A stretch of DNA of 64,000 nucleotides from Marsupella aquatica (taxonomy: Eukaryota > Plantae > Marchantiophyta): NCBI GenBank assembly GCA_973895155.1, contig OZ316891.1:21216169-21280168 (forward strand), read 5' to 3'. Positions 13,101-27,440 of the stretch are shown one piece after another. The position numbers and the translations under genes are program-made. Within the stretch, counting starts at the first letter, position 1, and every line of letters starts with the position of its first letter. Under the pieces are notes generated by a model. It was not told the origin of the DNA. It did not search any database and saw only the letters and a program-made list of their open reading frames with translations.

Positions 13101-16100
13101 TTTCGAAAACCCCACTCCTTCACTAACTACGTTAAGATCCACCTTGCAAAATCAATGAACAAAAACAAAAAGAATACTTTCGAACGATTTGAAAATTCAA
13201 AATAGTATAACTTCTTTCTTAGTGGCTCTTCCTCTACAACCCACAACCTGGATCCCTAACAGCGAAACAAGCAGGCAATCTGACGAGGAGATGGCTGCGG
13301 ACGGTTTTCAGACAAATCAAACGATGTGGAAGCACGGCAGAAAGATTAAGCGTGCATAATGAGGCCACTGCTGTTAAAACTATACCTCACAACTGTCGAG
13401 GATAAGAACTCTGAGCTTTGGACAGCCTCCATCATCACTAAACACGTCGCAAACGGCATCTGTAAGATTTTCACACTCTGACAAATCGACTTCTCGTAGC
13501 AACGAGCACTGCAATGCCATGCTTGAGAGCCCATTCTGCTGTCTTAAAACCAAACTCTGCAACACAAAAAAAATTCATGACATGATGATCGATGGTTCAG
13601 TGTAAACAAGACGAGGCGAAGGAGCTGCTTGCATCCAAACCTCTGTGGCTTTCCTGTCAGAAACTACAATTTCACGCCGGACCCAAATTGCCAGTTCGAA
13701 GCTCTCGCACACAATGGAATATTTATCTAGAAACAGCTTCATGCTGCCAAAAACACCCAATGCATGACAGAGGAGATAAGTACCTGAAGTGAACTGGAAG
13801 TGATATCAACTCGATTTAAGCTGGGACAATTGGAGAGATTCAATTTGGTTAGCGCAGGGCTTCGCAATGTCAACTCCACAAACCTGAAATCAAGTTTATT
13901 TAAGGACACATTAGTCAGAAGAGCTATGAGTAGATAGTCAAACACACAGCTGTTAGAAGTCTCAAGTTCTCAAAAAACTAGGAATATGTTAAACTTGCTT
14001 ACTTGCGGTTGTTCGTGAGACTAATCTGTCGGAGGCGCGGTAGGTCCAATGATATTGCGGTCAATAACCAACAAAAATCTAGAGCAAGGTCCTGACGACA
14101 ATTTCAAGCCCAGATGTGAGCACATTCGTTGGCACTCGCTAAGAGCTTATCCGACCCAAAAAGAGCCACTCCTACATCGTGCAACATTCTACCGACATAA
14201 TCACGTTCGTCAACGAATTGAACGACCCATAAAAACGCATTTTAAGACACACAAGGAACTCTCTGAGGAAACTCGTACCACACCTACAAATATATATCAC
14301 GACGCTTGCACAAATGAATATCAAACGAAAATTGCTGCACTAAAAGAACGACGACGATAAAGCGTCTGACCTCTAACATGGCGCAGGAGGATAACGCTGC
14401 CATTGATGATGAAAGTATACCCTCACAACCCATGAGCTTTAGCTCAATCAGCATTGGCATTCGTACACCCTTCGTACACAAACACAAAATCAGGGATTCT
14501 CCTTGCCACAGAAAAGAGCACATTGCACAGAGATGATTTATAAATCAACAGAGATTCCCAATAAAAGGCATTTCTCAGGATGCTGATACAAGCAACACCA
14601 TAATACAGATTCGAACAATGTCACAGAGACTAATCAGTCAATATAAAGATAATAAAATTCTACTAGGAACCCTCACATTCTATCAGAGGAGACTGAAAGA
14701 ACAGGAAACTCCGTCGCGTCCACATTTACTAAAAGAATGCGTTGTTTCGTTTTGAGAAAGCTTTCGATGGACCCTTACGTTGCAACGCAGCACTTTGTTT
14801 CAGATATTTCGATCTCTCCAGCCTCTCAGTTCTATATTTCATTCTAATATAAAAAGAGAAAACGGTAATGGGAAAGCACAAATGGCTTGCTTTGAGTATG
14901 AAGGGTCGCCTGCTTTCAGAGTGAATGAGTTCACCGACGAATTACAATCATGATGAGAAATAATTACCTCCAGTGAAATGTTCGGACAGTACGACGCATC
15001 GAGAGTCCGCAGATTTGTGCAGGCCATTGAAATTTCACGTAGTGTCTCATCACTCACATACGCACAATTGGACATGTCCAAAGATGCGAGCAATGGACAA
15101 GCTGTGGCAGCAGCTCTTACACCGGAATCAGATAGCTTATGACAAGATGACACGTCTAAACATACGAGCCGAGGACAGATCAATGTGGCAGAAGCTGTCC
15201 CAGTCCGCTTCAAAGAAAGAAAGTCCAGTTGAGGACACCTGCGTAGGACAACACTGACGCTCATTGGTTGGCAGGACCTCGCCGACTCTCAAGACCAAGA
15301 CAACGAAAAACACAACTAGATTCAGTAGCATGTTTAAAAAAACTTTATATAAGGACGAACAACGCTTTGAGACCAATGGACTGGTAGATGTCCTGTATCG
15401 TCAGATCCTGACCTGATTGCTATCCGGAGCACACGACATCTGAAGATTGACAGGCGACGCAATGACTCGTGGCGAAGTACTATTTCTTGAGCACCGCCAC
15501 TTCCCAGAGTTGCATCTGAAATGCTAAGGTTTTGAAGCGAAGAACACTCGACCGCTAAAGCATAAAAAAATCCATCACTAAACAATCCTTTACTTAAATT
15601 CAACACCTCTAAGTTCCTGTAAACACAACAACAAACGAAAATGGGTAAGAACTCCAGCAAGAAAAAGGCAGAAGAAAAAATCTTGGAACCACCGTATTAC
15701 CATGTAAACCACAAAGGAAGATCAGACACAGCAGAAAGAGTGCATATGAAATTATCCAGAGGCATCACCTCAATGATCTCATTGCCTCCCGCACCAAAAC
15801 TTCATCCACACAGATTGTACCCCTGAGATTCAGAGTAGTTGCCTTGGGATACCTGAGACACAGCAGTCCAACTGGCCAGTCCCAACCACGTTACAAACAA
15901 GTTCCCACACAGATTAAACAATTCCTGTGCATTTCCAGTGAAACCTGCTCAACATTGTCAAACGCGTTCATAAGAGGAAGCCAGTCGACGCCATTAAAAC
16001 ATTCACATAACATGACCTATGCTTTCCCTCCCATCTTCACATGACAAAACTCGGAGGTCAATATTGTACCTTGCTCATGACTGACACGGCGCCCTTCAAA

Positions 16101-18773
16101 GTTCAAGACCTTCCAAAAATCTTCGTGGGCACTCGCCGCTCGCCACTGTTTGCAGACCATAGCTGCTTGGCAAAGGGCAGTGTCATTGAGGAAGGAGAAT
16201 ACCTGCACAAAACATCGATCTAGGTTACTTCCTCAAGATAAATATTTCAACAAAGACTTCCATGGGCACTCATCATACACAACAGCTCTAGCAGGCAGGT
16301 TCCGGACAGAGAAAATTCCCACTTAACAAAGAACAACTACAAGTATTCCTTCTCCAAAAACGAAGGACTGTAAGCAGAGGGGCCAGCTATGAGTCTCAAG
16401 CTTCCAAGGATCCCAGTGATTAGGAAGCTTGCAATAGTACAATGTTTTATCGGGAACCCAGTAAAACATTACCGTATAATGTCCCCATTAAAACATTATA
16501 TGATGAAAGTGCCCATAATACTTGGCATGGATCAACGTAGTGAAAGAAGTAGACAACACTCCAGAATGACGAGTTCCAAACCTTGTGTAATAGATCGTCC
16601 GTAAGGTCCATGCGGACCTTACCATCATCCATGTCGGCGGCGGAAACACTTTGTTCACCATCATCACCATCCTCTCCTCCAGCATTGTCTGAATGCAAGC
16701 GTTCGCCCTCGTCATCTTGAGATTGTGGGGGCAATAAAGGTGCAGTTGGAGGAGGCGGTTGGCCCTCTCGATCTAATCCTGAAGGTGATCCTGGTCGTGA
16801 GGATGATGAAGGAGAAGAACCACGTGAAGGAGCGGTAGGATGATGCCGACTGAAAGCAACATATGAAGACCTCATGAGCGACAGTTTTCAGAAAGCGTAG
16901 AGCGAATGGAGACCATAAAATGTACATATTGCGAGCATATAAATTGTGTAATCCGACGATCTGGTTCATACGTACAACCAACGGCATAGGTTGGACGATT
17001 CAGCCTATACTCGGTTTCTGTAAACTTCCACCACTTGAATCACAGGGTGGACTTTCACTTTGTATATGTGTTGTGCTTTATCTCCGTAAACCACAGTAAA
17101 GCCTAGACAATGCCAATGTTACTGTGGTTTCTGAGGCACAAGATTGTTCGAAGGACCATCTGCTTTCGAGACGCAACAAATCGGAATTGACAACACTAGG
17201 TTAATGAACTACAAGCTATCATTTAAATTGACGAAACATTCCAGTGTTCGCTAAATCCTATCCAGGGTTCAAATCTATAAGCCCGCCTGTGCGTGCCCAT
17301 ATGTCCTGGTCCGTATCATCAGACTACGTATCGAGAAGTCACGAGAGAGCGAGAGAAGTAATGCCACGGTCGACTCACTACTATAATACTCTACGATGCG
17401 CAATGACAATTCCGAAGCTACTAAAACTGTCAGCTTACAGCTCAGGATACTTCATTAAAATTCATAATTTTTTCATAAAAGAGCTTAAAGTAAGTGGGCT
17501 ACTGGATTCAAGTTGATATAACGACCAAGACTTAGTGACCGTCCTGAACAGCTAGGGTTGACACAGCTGCCTTGAGTGTAACCACAACAGAACCAGAAGC
17601 CTCTACCCCTTTCGAGGGTTGAAATTCAATGTGGTATTGTGCGAGAGTTGGAAACCTTCGAGACAGGGAAACGAGAAACTCAAAAACCTAACGCCTGAAT
17701 TTTTCAACAACGTCGATTGGATAATTATTCATGGCAGAAGTCAAATATTCCAGGGCAACTTACGACGGTAGAGTTTGCAAGAACTTCGCACGCTTGTGGA
17801 AATTTTCGGGACCCCGACGCATAGATCTGGGTGCAGGTTGGGGGTGGTTGGTGCGTTCGACCTCTGATCCGAAGGCTTCCACTTCTGAAGACCCCCCGAC
17901 GTGCACAACGGGCAACTCGGCCGACACTGCGCGGGAACTTTCAGGAGCAGACTGCATTGCCATACCTTCGGCGAGCCCATCGGAAGAACCGAGAAGAGAA
18001 AACACATTAGCCCTACTGACGAACAGCCTGAGGCGTTCAGCGCTTAGGTGTGCGGGCAATTCCCCGCCCGGATCATATCGGTCGGTAAGATCCATATCAT
18101 CATCCACTAGTGCATCCCGAGTGGCCGCGCTGAGGTCTGGAACTGGATTTGAGGCTGTGCACAAAGCACCCCCTGCCCACGTTGCCTCGTTGAGCTCCAA
18201 TGGCAACGGGCGCTCCCTTCTTGGATCGAACTCATCAGTCCCACTCTCATCGTCCTTGTAGAGCCTCCAACCTCCGCTGGATTGTGGGGACTGAGGTGCA
18301 GGTGCCCAAGGAGGATAAGCTACTGCCTGTCTTAGTACTTGCCGTTGCCTGCCAGCCCACATGCTCGGAGGAGCCCTGTCACAAGGAATTGGCTGGCGTA
18401 ATTCATCTGGTGGCTGTTCATTTTTGCCGCCTCTACGGACAGGGCCATCGTCACCACTAGTGCCAAGAAACGCATTACTATTATCCACCTCGACGGCCGG
18501 TCCGTTACTCTGTCCTTCGCCACTCCTCGCCGCATCCACTCTGTATCCATCCCTAAGCTTCTCCTCTCGGAAGACCCTTGAAAGACTAACGACTCCCCTG
18601 AAGCTACTCCTCCACGCCGGGCTCGTGGGTGCAGCAGCAGCAGTACCACTGACGGGTGACTCCACTGCGACGCCCTGTCTGATCTCCTCTTCCACTGTCA
18701 TCGCTTCCGCTACAGCCTCTTCTATCATTCTTCCCTCCCACCAGTCGTCCTCTTGCGATCCACTCGCTGTCAT
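10180..18773 (-). CDS. FBL15: F-box/LRR-repeat protein 15-like (FBL15/SLOMO orthologue candidate), multi-exon
   Basis: Exon 1 (18773-17764) reads MTASGSQEDD...FHKRAKF. The F-box MDLTDDLLHK|VFSFLNDTALCQAAMVCKQWRAASAHEDFW is followed by many Cys-containing LRRs (LDVSSCHKLSDSGVRAAATACPLLASLDMSNC; VDLSECENLTDAVCDVFSDDGGCPKL; LNLGICPHL). The last exon is VSSAALARMRLVCPGLKRLYSTMST* (stop 10180-10182). The start codon is inferred. Confidence 0.92.
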
Positions 18774-21700
18774 GTCACGAGATTGTCCGTAGTCGACAAG
18801 GAAAGGGCACGGGAACAGAGTGGAAGAGAGTAAACGGTTCTCAGAAAAACGGCACGTTACTCCCTTACTCCCAAAGAGTGCGGGTAAAACACAGAGGTCG
18901 CCGCCACGATTACCAGAGGGGAAGATGCACGCAGACAGGAAAAGCAGTAGAAATACAATCGCCCGAACGAGGGCCAGCGCAGGATCAGTCCAGGTGCAAC
19001 AATGCAGGTGAGCACGAAAGTGAGGTAACGAAATCACCACCCGAACAAGTTAGTCTAAAGAGTTTTGCAAAGGTGGTGCAGGAAGAACAAACGACAGGAA
19101 GTAGTTGTAGTAGAATGGACAGATGATGATCACGAAGACGACCACCAAACCCAGCCACAAGCGTTTCGAAGCCCGTAAAGAGCAACGAGCCAATTTCCTT
19201 TATTTGCCCTACACCTGTATCCAGCCAATGAGCAACCCAGCCCAAACCAACAATCCGCCTCCTAAAGCTCCACTTTGCATACCCAGTAGAACGATCAATC
19301 ACCAGCACCGCCCCAACTCTGCCAATCCGCCCCTCAACCAACAAAAATAGCAGCTGTTGCTCGTCCTCCTCTCGTCTCTCCTCCTCCGGACTCTTCCCTC
19401 CACATCACCATTTCGCCTCCCAGTCAACGTCGAGCATCCTCGCTCCACTCACACACTCAACGCACGACGACCGCCCCTCAACGAACATTCATTTTTCAGA
19501 TGCCTTCTGCGGCCCTGCCTTGTCTTCCTGCCACCAGAACCATTGCCATCCCTTCCGGTCGACATACCTAAATACAAAAACTACACCTCACCTCAACTCA
19601 ACTCAGCAGACGACCACATCGCCGTACAAGACTGATTGTCCCGATGACATTCGTCGTGCCAAGCCCTTACAATTTCCCTCCCCTCCTCGTCAGCCTTTCT
19701 GTTTTTGTGGCACCACCACCAGACCCAGCAACCTACTGCTGCTGCGTTACCGTCTTTAGAGCACCACCACCACAACCGGCAACCTATATTATTTTAAGTG
19801 CTCTGCTGCACCCATCGCAGCCCAAAAGCCAGCCACCACCCAGCCAGTCAACTGCAGCACAGTGCTGTAGAGTCTGGAGGGAAGCTAGCGACAGCCCGGT
19901 TCTTTTTCGCATTCCAGGCCTATCAATCCAGCAGCAGCGAGCAGCAGCAGACCACATCGACAAGTGAACTCTACGGAACTCTACGTCGCGATGTCGCGAC
20001 TAATTATTATCGACGATCGACTGCTCCGCCGCACCACAACTGTACCAACAAACAGCCAACTTCCCTTTCTTCCTCCTTCCTACGGCCTTCCTCCTCTCTC
20101 GTTCCTCATCCGTTTATTAGCCTTTCCACTTTCCTCTTTCCGTCCCATTCGGACTCCTCCTCCCTTCTTGCAAAGCATTATTCTTCCCATTATTTTCTTC
20201 CCATTCTCTCACCCGATCAGCAAAGCCCGACGACCGGCTCGAATCAAAAACCTCGTTCGTTCGTTCGCTCCTTCCCTCCTTCCCTCCCTCCCTCTCTTTC
20301 CTTCCCGATTTGCAGCGCTACAGTCGCCGTTATTATTATTAGTACACCACTGTAGGTGCTCTTTTTCTCTCTGCCACCTTCTTCGTCATCGCCGGAGTTC
20401 TTCGTGTTTTTTCCTCCTTTCTTGTGTTCGTCGTCGGCCAAAGAACGAGAAAGAGAAGACGAAGCAGAAAAGAACGGAAGAGGGAAACAGAGTTCGTTCC
20501 AACGTCCATCCACGGACCGGACGGACAGACGAACGGACGGAAGGACAAGGCCGGGGGGGGACCGCCGGACGGGGCGGATGGGCTGGGGGGACCAGACGCC
20601 ACTCGTTCAGCTAAAAAACAGCTAAAGTACCGGAGTTCTGTAGAGCGTTTTTCTAGTGGCCAAAACTCACTAGATTCCATTTCGTCAACTCGCTACTGTA
20701 GATAAGCCTTTTCACTGTTGGCTAAAATGGAATACTTTTTTTTCCCTTCCATGGGCCGGTTTCCACCCACCTGCAGTAGTCGGCCAAAATTAGCTACAGT
20801 AGATTCCATTTCTCTTAAATGTTTTTCCACATTTGGCTAAAAATAAGCTAGTCTTTTCTACTTCCATGAGCAAGTTTTCCCACCCACCTACAGTAGTCAC
20901 AGACTCCCTTACAGCCAGAATCTGGCAACCATCCATGAATCTAGGGAGATCTGACATCAAATCAGATCTGTCCATTTCTTGATCCGTTTACAAAACTGAG
21001 GATCTCAAATTCTGTTCAGCCAGCTTCTCGTGGCAGGTTTTCAGTTTTGCAAAAAGGGATAGACAACAAAATAGGCTGGAAGTGGATTTGAAATGGCCCT
21101 CAACAGGATCCTCTGCATGTCTGGTACTCTGGTCCATCAGCTCACGGCGACCCACGAGAAAGATGGAGAGATAGAGAAGGTACTCGAAATAGCTTGTGGT
21201 TCTGAGATGAATGACTGCTGAGCATCCCTATTGATGCTTTGGGAGCATTCTATCGAAGTAAGTGGTAAAATGTGTGCAGCATCAATTAACACAGACCAAC
21301 ATTTATTTCTCTGTTCAAGTAGGACGAAGGTGAAAACGATCAGAATCCTCAAATGCGATGGATTTCCTTGCTGAGTTGAATTGAATGCTACTGACATTCA
21401 ACAGTCTTTTTAACACCAAAAAGGACAGCCGTTAAGGAAGCGATGAGCATATCAAACCGATCAGAGTACTATTTTAATTATATGAGCGAGTTGACTATTT
21501 TCTCCTTCACACAATACTACATTTTCCAACCTGGCCAAAAAGAAAAAACAGAGCGCCAGGGGACAGGATCAATCAGGAGCACCCCTTACCAGCCTTGTTC
21601 AGAACTTGACTGTGGGACAATCACTTATTAAAGTGTAGGGTCGCCCATGGGCTGGAGGGGGTTATGGAATGTCCCCCTCAGCTCACTGCCATCAGAGAAT

Positions 21701-21873
21701 AACCCCCTCCTGCACATGGGTTACCAAGCCTAAACTTTCCTGGTAAGTTTCCTTGTGTATTTTCATTGAAGATTATGTGCCATAACCCTGGAACATCTTG
21801 TGGGTTTAACTTATTTACCTTGTTTACGGTAAGTTAAGGTTATTTAATTACTAATAAGTTACCTTATTTATCT

Positions 21874-24800
21874 TGTTTACGGACCCCACTAGAGGTCCCT
21901 TCCAAAATTCCCGACACCACATTGTGCCACATCAACAACAACCGTAACAAACAAGACTCGTCGGTTTTGTGAATCAAACTTATAGTTTTCATTCGTGTTT
22001 GTGTCAATTTGGGTGTAAATTTTGGGACGCCGTGCCATAAAAAGAAAAGTAAAACCTTTGGAAATGCAAAGAGCAAGACGGTTAAAACTGTCACTATGTA
22101 ACCGTTTTAGTTACATTTCCAATTTTAAAACTTCAATTCAAAGATTTATAAAAAGTATTTTTCATATAATAAATAATGACTAACTTGATAACTTCCTTGT
22201 TAAACCGCAACTCCCGGTATGTAAGGACCTCTCGTATTGTACGGCCATTAATGCTGGGAAGAGCACATAGAAACCTAGGATCGGGGAGGAGGAATGGCTG
22301 GAATCTTGAAAGTTCATCAAATTTTAGACTCAAAACTATTTACTCATTCTCACAACAAAAAATACCCAGTCGTAGATCTCATTGAGATCTTTCTTTTGCA
22401 CTCTAGATCTCCGTCTGACATGGATGAATAAGATTTCTAGAGGCATTACAAAATGGACGGCAAAGATCATAAAATCAACAAAATCGACGACTAGGAAGAC
22501 TTGGATTTTCATTTGAAAAATATTAACCCATTTGCAAAACGGACAGAACCCATCCATAAATCTATTTGAGATCTTTCTTTTGAGCCATAGATTGGCCATT
22601 ATGATGGACGGACGAGATTTCCGGAGATAAGAAATGGAGACAGCTCAGATCGACTCTTCCCCTTGATTTTATTAGCCAAGGGGTCCACGAACTAATTATT
22701 CAACTATTTAGAGTATGAAGAGTTGCACATTGAAATAGATAGATGAGTCAGAGGACAAAGAATAAATGGAGGATTCTAAGTGCACTGAATTTTAAAGGTA
22801 GTTAAGACAATTTCATTGCAGACAAATTCTACTTATAAACCACCGACTATCAGCTAAAGTGGTCGCCTAAGCTTCTAGAGTGAAGCTCGTAGACCATAAC
22901 TCCATGGCTCATCATGTGGATGTAAAACTCATGACTATGATGTATGTCAAATGATAATCATGCATACTTTTTATCATGATTTTTATATTGCATTAGAAGA
23001 TGGGTTCTATGCTCACACCATGACATATGTGCATAGAAAAGAGTATGATGTGTTATAAATGATTATTTAAATGATGACATGCATGATAGTTTTTTATCAT
23101 TCAAAGAATGTGAGTAAGGTATACATTTTGGTGATATTTTTATTGTCCTCCTAGTAGAAGTACATTCATGATAATACCTAGGGTAATTCTCCATGCAAAA
23201 AGTTTTCCTTAGTAACTCTGTCTAGACAATGCATGTAACATTCCATAGAGTTCATTCAAAATATTACTTTGTCCATAGTAGTTGTCTTAGAGTCCCTAGG
23301 TATTACTCTACCCATAGAGGTATGGTGTTCCTTACTTTTGCTTGTTACTCTTCTATGCATAGTACATAGCCAAAGGGTTTCTAAATTACTTTGGTAATGT
23401 TAGAGAAGTTTAAAAGTTTCTTGGGTTAATTAAGTTCTCTTGGTAAATGTTTAGAATAGTTGAAGAGTTTATTTTCACTTGTCATTATTTCAAAAATATC
23501 TAAATTCAATAGAAAATTGAAACTGACTATGAGTAATTAATCTGTGGACCCCCATGTTCATCCAAGGAATGTGTGTGTGATTAAGTGAAATCAATTTTCA
23601 TCAAGGCGGTAACCGACAGTTTTGAGTCTCCTGATGGTGTTGGTGTGTGCTCGTACAAAAACAATGCTCAAAAGATAAAGATTTATCAAATGGAAGGTTG
23701 AATGTGGAGGAATTGAGTTTTTTTATAGGTTTTGCTTACACATTGGAGAAATCATCTCTCAACTATTCTTGATTGATTGTTTGTGAGCCCGTTTGTGAGT
23801 TACATTGAGCATTACCCCACAAGACAAACGGGAGCACAACACTCAGCTGTTGGCAAAAGAGCGTTTGTCGATTCGGTGGGAAGAACACACAAAATGAACG
23901 AGCCATCACTTCACACAACGGATTTGTAGTTATTTTTATTTAAGAAAGCTATGGTGTGAGGGGAAGACCAACAATTGTTTCTTTGACATAGAGGTTGCAT
24001 TTGGCATCAACCTGTGTTCATAGTGAGCTTTAGTTGAAGACTACCTAAGAGATGCAAACAATTCAAGCCGGGAAGCAAGCATTGTGGACAAGCGATGATG
24101 ACCTAATCAAAGAAATCAATTTGTAGCGGCTAAGTTTGTGACGGTGACGAGATTGTGATATCTCTTAATCGAGAAAGGGTTTCCAATGAGCCTCAGATTG
24201 ACAAATTTTTTCAAGTTCCATATGAGTTTTTGAATTTCTTTGCCTTTCCAATGACTGTGAGTATAAGAAATTTTGATCATGAGTTCATGAATTCTTTTAG
24301 CTTTCCAACATTGAGTCCGACATTGATAAATTTCATGTCAGATTTTGTCACGACAAGAGATCAAGAGGTTTTCAATCTCTTTAGCTTTCTAATGTGTGAT
24401 ATTGAAATTATTTGTCAAGAAATAGAGAGATCATGAGTATCTAAATTTCTCTAGCTTTCCAATGAAACTAACATTCATAGATTTTATCAAGTACTAATTA
24501 GATGATGAGTTTTAATTTTACTCTAGCTTTCCAATGAGTGTGACATTGAGAGATTTTATCAAGACATTATTAAAGAGGTCACGAGTTTCTTGATCTTGAG
24601 TTTTCCAATGAATCAAATATGGGCAGATTTTATCAAGTACTAAGGAGATTTATTATTTAGTTTTACAATGTGAAGCAAAAGGGGTTTTAACTATGTACAT
24701 TTCAATCTATCAATTGCTTTTTTCAAACTTGCAAACAATTAAAAAATACAAGCATTTGATATAAAACACTGATATATCTTTGACAAACATCAAAATGGTA

Positions 24801-25024
24801 AGTTTGTTTTACTAAATCACATCTCTTCCTTTGTATTTTGGTTTTTTTACGTTTAATATTTATGGCATGGTGCCCCAAAATTACGTTGCTTTTGCCACAA
24901 ACAGGAATGTGCACATTTGTTATGGTTAAAAGTATGATCATTCCTGTTTGTGGCTGGTTGTGATGATGTGATGCAACCTCATGGCAGAGAATTTGCAAGA
25001 GACCCCTAATGGGGTCCATAAACA
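21874..25024. mobile_element. Non-autonomous DNA transposon with ~200-bp imperfect TIRs (Mutator/MULE-like)
   Basis: The left end tgtttacggaccccactagaggtccctt matches the reverse complement of the right end (tgtttatggaccccattaggggtctctt). Similarity continues ~200 bp inward (cattcgtgtttgtg...aattttgggacgccgtgccataaa vs cattcctgtttgtg...aattttggggcaccatgccataaa). The interior is AT-rich with no transposase, and the TSD is only partial (atttatctt/atttatata). Confidence 0.6.
24160..24660. repeat. Degenerate ~60-75-bp tandem repeat inside the MULE-like element
   Basis: The motif (t)agctttccaatga...agattttatcaag...atgagtt recurs about 7 times. Confidence 0.65.
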
Positions 25025-25583
25025 TTTATATATCAATCATCACTCATCCAAATATTATTTTCTTTCACCCCTATTTTTTTTTTTCTTGAAATGTTACTTT
25101 TCAATTTTTCATTGATTTTATTATTATACAGCCTAATTATTTTTCTTTGCTTTGCCTTAAACATGAATAATAAATTTGGTTCTTCTTGCACAATTAACTA
25201 TTTTTGTTTGTGACAAATCATGTAGATGTGATTGCACATGCATCCAAGAATTCTGGAAAGAAAATTCACATGGGTCTATAACCATAACTTTTTGCTCTAA
25301 ATATTAATTAAATGTCATGATCATGAGTGGGCTAGTGGAAAAAACAAAACAAAACTTTGACACAACCGTATGAAAAAACAAGTGTCATTTGTTTATGACC
25401 AAAAGCTATATCCACAAGCGTGAAACTTTGAGATACCCTAATAAAACATTTTTTGTGGTACTTTTTCCTAGTATTTATGCATTCGTTTCTCCTCTCGTAG
25501 TTATCAACTGTTCGATTGAGCCAGGCCCTACTCCACTTGGCGACGAAGAATTGGTCATCCTTGGCATGCAAATTATAGCAATA

Positions 25584-25762
25584 GGCATGCAAACGACAGA
25601 TATGTCACTCTGCCAAAAACAACCCAACAAGGAGACAATTGGCATGCAAACCATAGATATATCACTCTGCCAAAAACAACCCAACAAGGAGACTATTGGC
25701 ATGCAAACCATAGATATATCACTCTGCCAAAAACAACCCAACAAGGAGACAATTGGCATGCA
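25584..25762. repeat. Minisatellite, 57-bp unit x3
   Basis: ggcatgcaaaccatagatatatcactctgccaaaaacaacccaacaaggagac(a/t)att starts at 25584, 25641 and 25698, with a partial unit at 25755. Confidence 0.92.
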
Positions 25763-26225
25763 AGTTCGAGAAAATCACAGAGACATTTGGCATGCAAGTT
25801 TGGGAGAATCACAGAGTACGACTGTACCACGTTGTAGTACATTCATTTATGATTACAATGTGCCGACAGCGACGAGTTCTCCTATCACTCCACGATGTCC
25901 CATCATGGCTGACACGAGTTGATGAGATTGCAGTTTTCACTGAAGAGATCGAAGCACGGATCTTAGTTCTCGCGCAAATTAGTTCGGGCTCTTTCCAGTA
26001 ACGTACTTGGCTTCTTGGTAGAGAAGAGAGCTTGGCTCGGGACAACCTTCTGCAGCATCCAACTGATCGCATCCAACTGATCTAGCTGAAATCATTTTCC
26101 CATACGAGTTGGTGAGATTGCAGTTTTCGCTGAATAGATCAAATTAAGCAGGGATCCTATGTGAGCTTGAGAATGGATTCAGAGGGTTTAGAATGAAATC
26201 ACATCCAAGCCTGTAGCTCTTAAGA

Positions 26226-26866
26226 ACTTTACGGTGCTCCAAATGACTCCTATGCTCGAAAGATTAAATCTCAGAAACGGCCTAAAGCCTACTCTTGGAA
26301 GGCGCTAGCAACCCAACTACTCCAAGGAAAGTAGCGTCTCCAATTTGCCGTCTACAGCGCAGTTCAGGATTCGGTTCGTTGTAATCTTTCCTCCGTGCTT
26401 TTCTTCTTGTCGGTCACTCCATCTGAAGGTTTCTCTCTTAGTAATCTGGCTACGCAAGCTCTCTCCGTCCCAATCTGGCGAGGTACGCACACAACTTCAC
26501 ATTCAAGATGGGCTCTGTTCCGATTGAATTCAGAACGCTCGTCTGTTTCTCCGAAGGTGCATGCCAGTGAATGATCAAGTTAGTGCTCGATCTTGTCGTC
26601 CTTGGTTCATGACTTCTTGATTGATTTGACGCTGAGCTTCTCCTCGTTGGCTCTCGTTTGGTTAAGCTGTGGAGAGTGAGTTCATGACTGATTCGTGACA
26701 GAATGAACGAATCCAGCTCTTTTAGGCTTCAATTCGGGTTGATTTCTTGTTAATTTATCTCATCACAAATCTTCTCCTCCCTGGCTCTCGCTTGGTTCAG
26801 CTTTGGACGCTGAGTAAATTTTGGCGAAAATGTATCTAATATGGGCACCAAAGCGTATATCATGAA
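26226..26866 (+). pseudogene. Duplicated NOP10 promoter, 5'UTR and broken exon 1 (NOP10 pseudogene fragment)
   Basis: Colinear with 31419-32186 (caaggaaagtagcgtctccaatttgccg; ctctctccgtcccaatctg.cgaggtacgcaca; ggttcagctttggacgc; ttttggcgaaaatgtatctaat). After the ATG at 26830, 16 nt of exon 1 are missing and the GTGAG donor is gone. No exon 2 or 3 follows. Confidence 0.88.
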
Positions 26867-27440
26867 TGGACAAAGGGTGGTTGGGCAATAGGTGGAGCAA
26901 CAGTAACATGCTAAGAGGTATAAATGCACAGATACTGAATATATGTCCTTGCGTCTGCAATGGGATGCTAGGAAGTTTAATCTCAGGACGAGGTGGAAGA
27001 AATAACAGTGGCATTCATTGACGTGAATTTTTTTAATCTCAGGACGAGGACTAAGAAATAACAGTGGCATTCATATATTGACGTGAATTTTTTCAGCTGG
27101 AGGTCCTCAAGAGTGTTTGCTCAAACACTGGTTGCTGGTGATCAGCTTGCGTTTGCAGTGGGTTCCAGGAAGTTCCATCTCAGGAAGAGTTGAAATAATA
27201 AGCATGGCATGCATGGAGGTGAATTTTCTCAGCTGGAGGGCCTCCTCACAAGCATACACTCCGCGTGTGGATGCTGTTGTACTCAAGCAGCAGCGTGTGA
27301 CTCTAGTGCTTCGGAAAGAGAACGAGGGACTATTGTCTGCGAATCTCATCAAGCAAGAATCTGAAAGAAGGGGGTTTAATAAGAGACCACAAGAATTCAA
27401 GAGGAAGACGAATCCATGGAGAGCAATCAGCGTAGGGTCC

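Noticed and set aside
18774-19040. N-terminal extension of FBL15 exon 1 given by the ORF track
   Set aside because: Non-ATG start and intron/UTR-like composition; the first in-frame ATG is at 18773.
19357-20705. Many overlapping 80-216 aa ORFs
   Set aside because: Products of GC-rich simple-repeat leader/promoter DNA; no domain.
25389-25922. 177-aa ORF with repeated peptide IGMQTIDISLCQKQPNKET; CRISPR-like look
   Set aside because: Explained by a 57-bp minisatellite; no unique spacers, no cas genes, eukaryotic context.
27117-27440. 108-aa upstream in-frame extension of LDH (possible targeting peptide)
   Set aside because: No homology, and it overlaps local duplications. In-frame ATGs exist (~27204, ~27213), so it cannot be fully excluded without transcripts.
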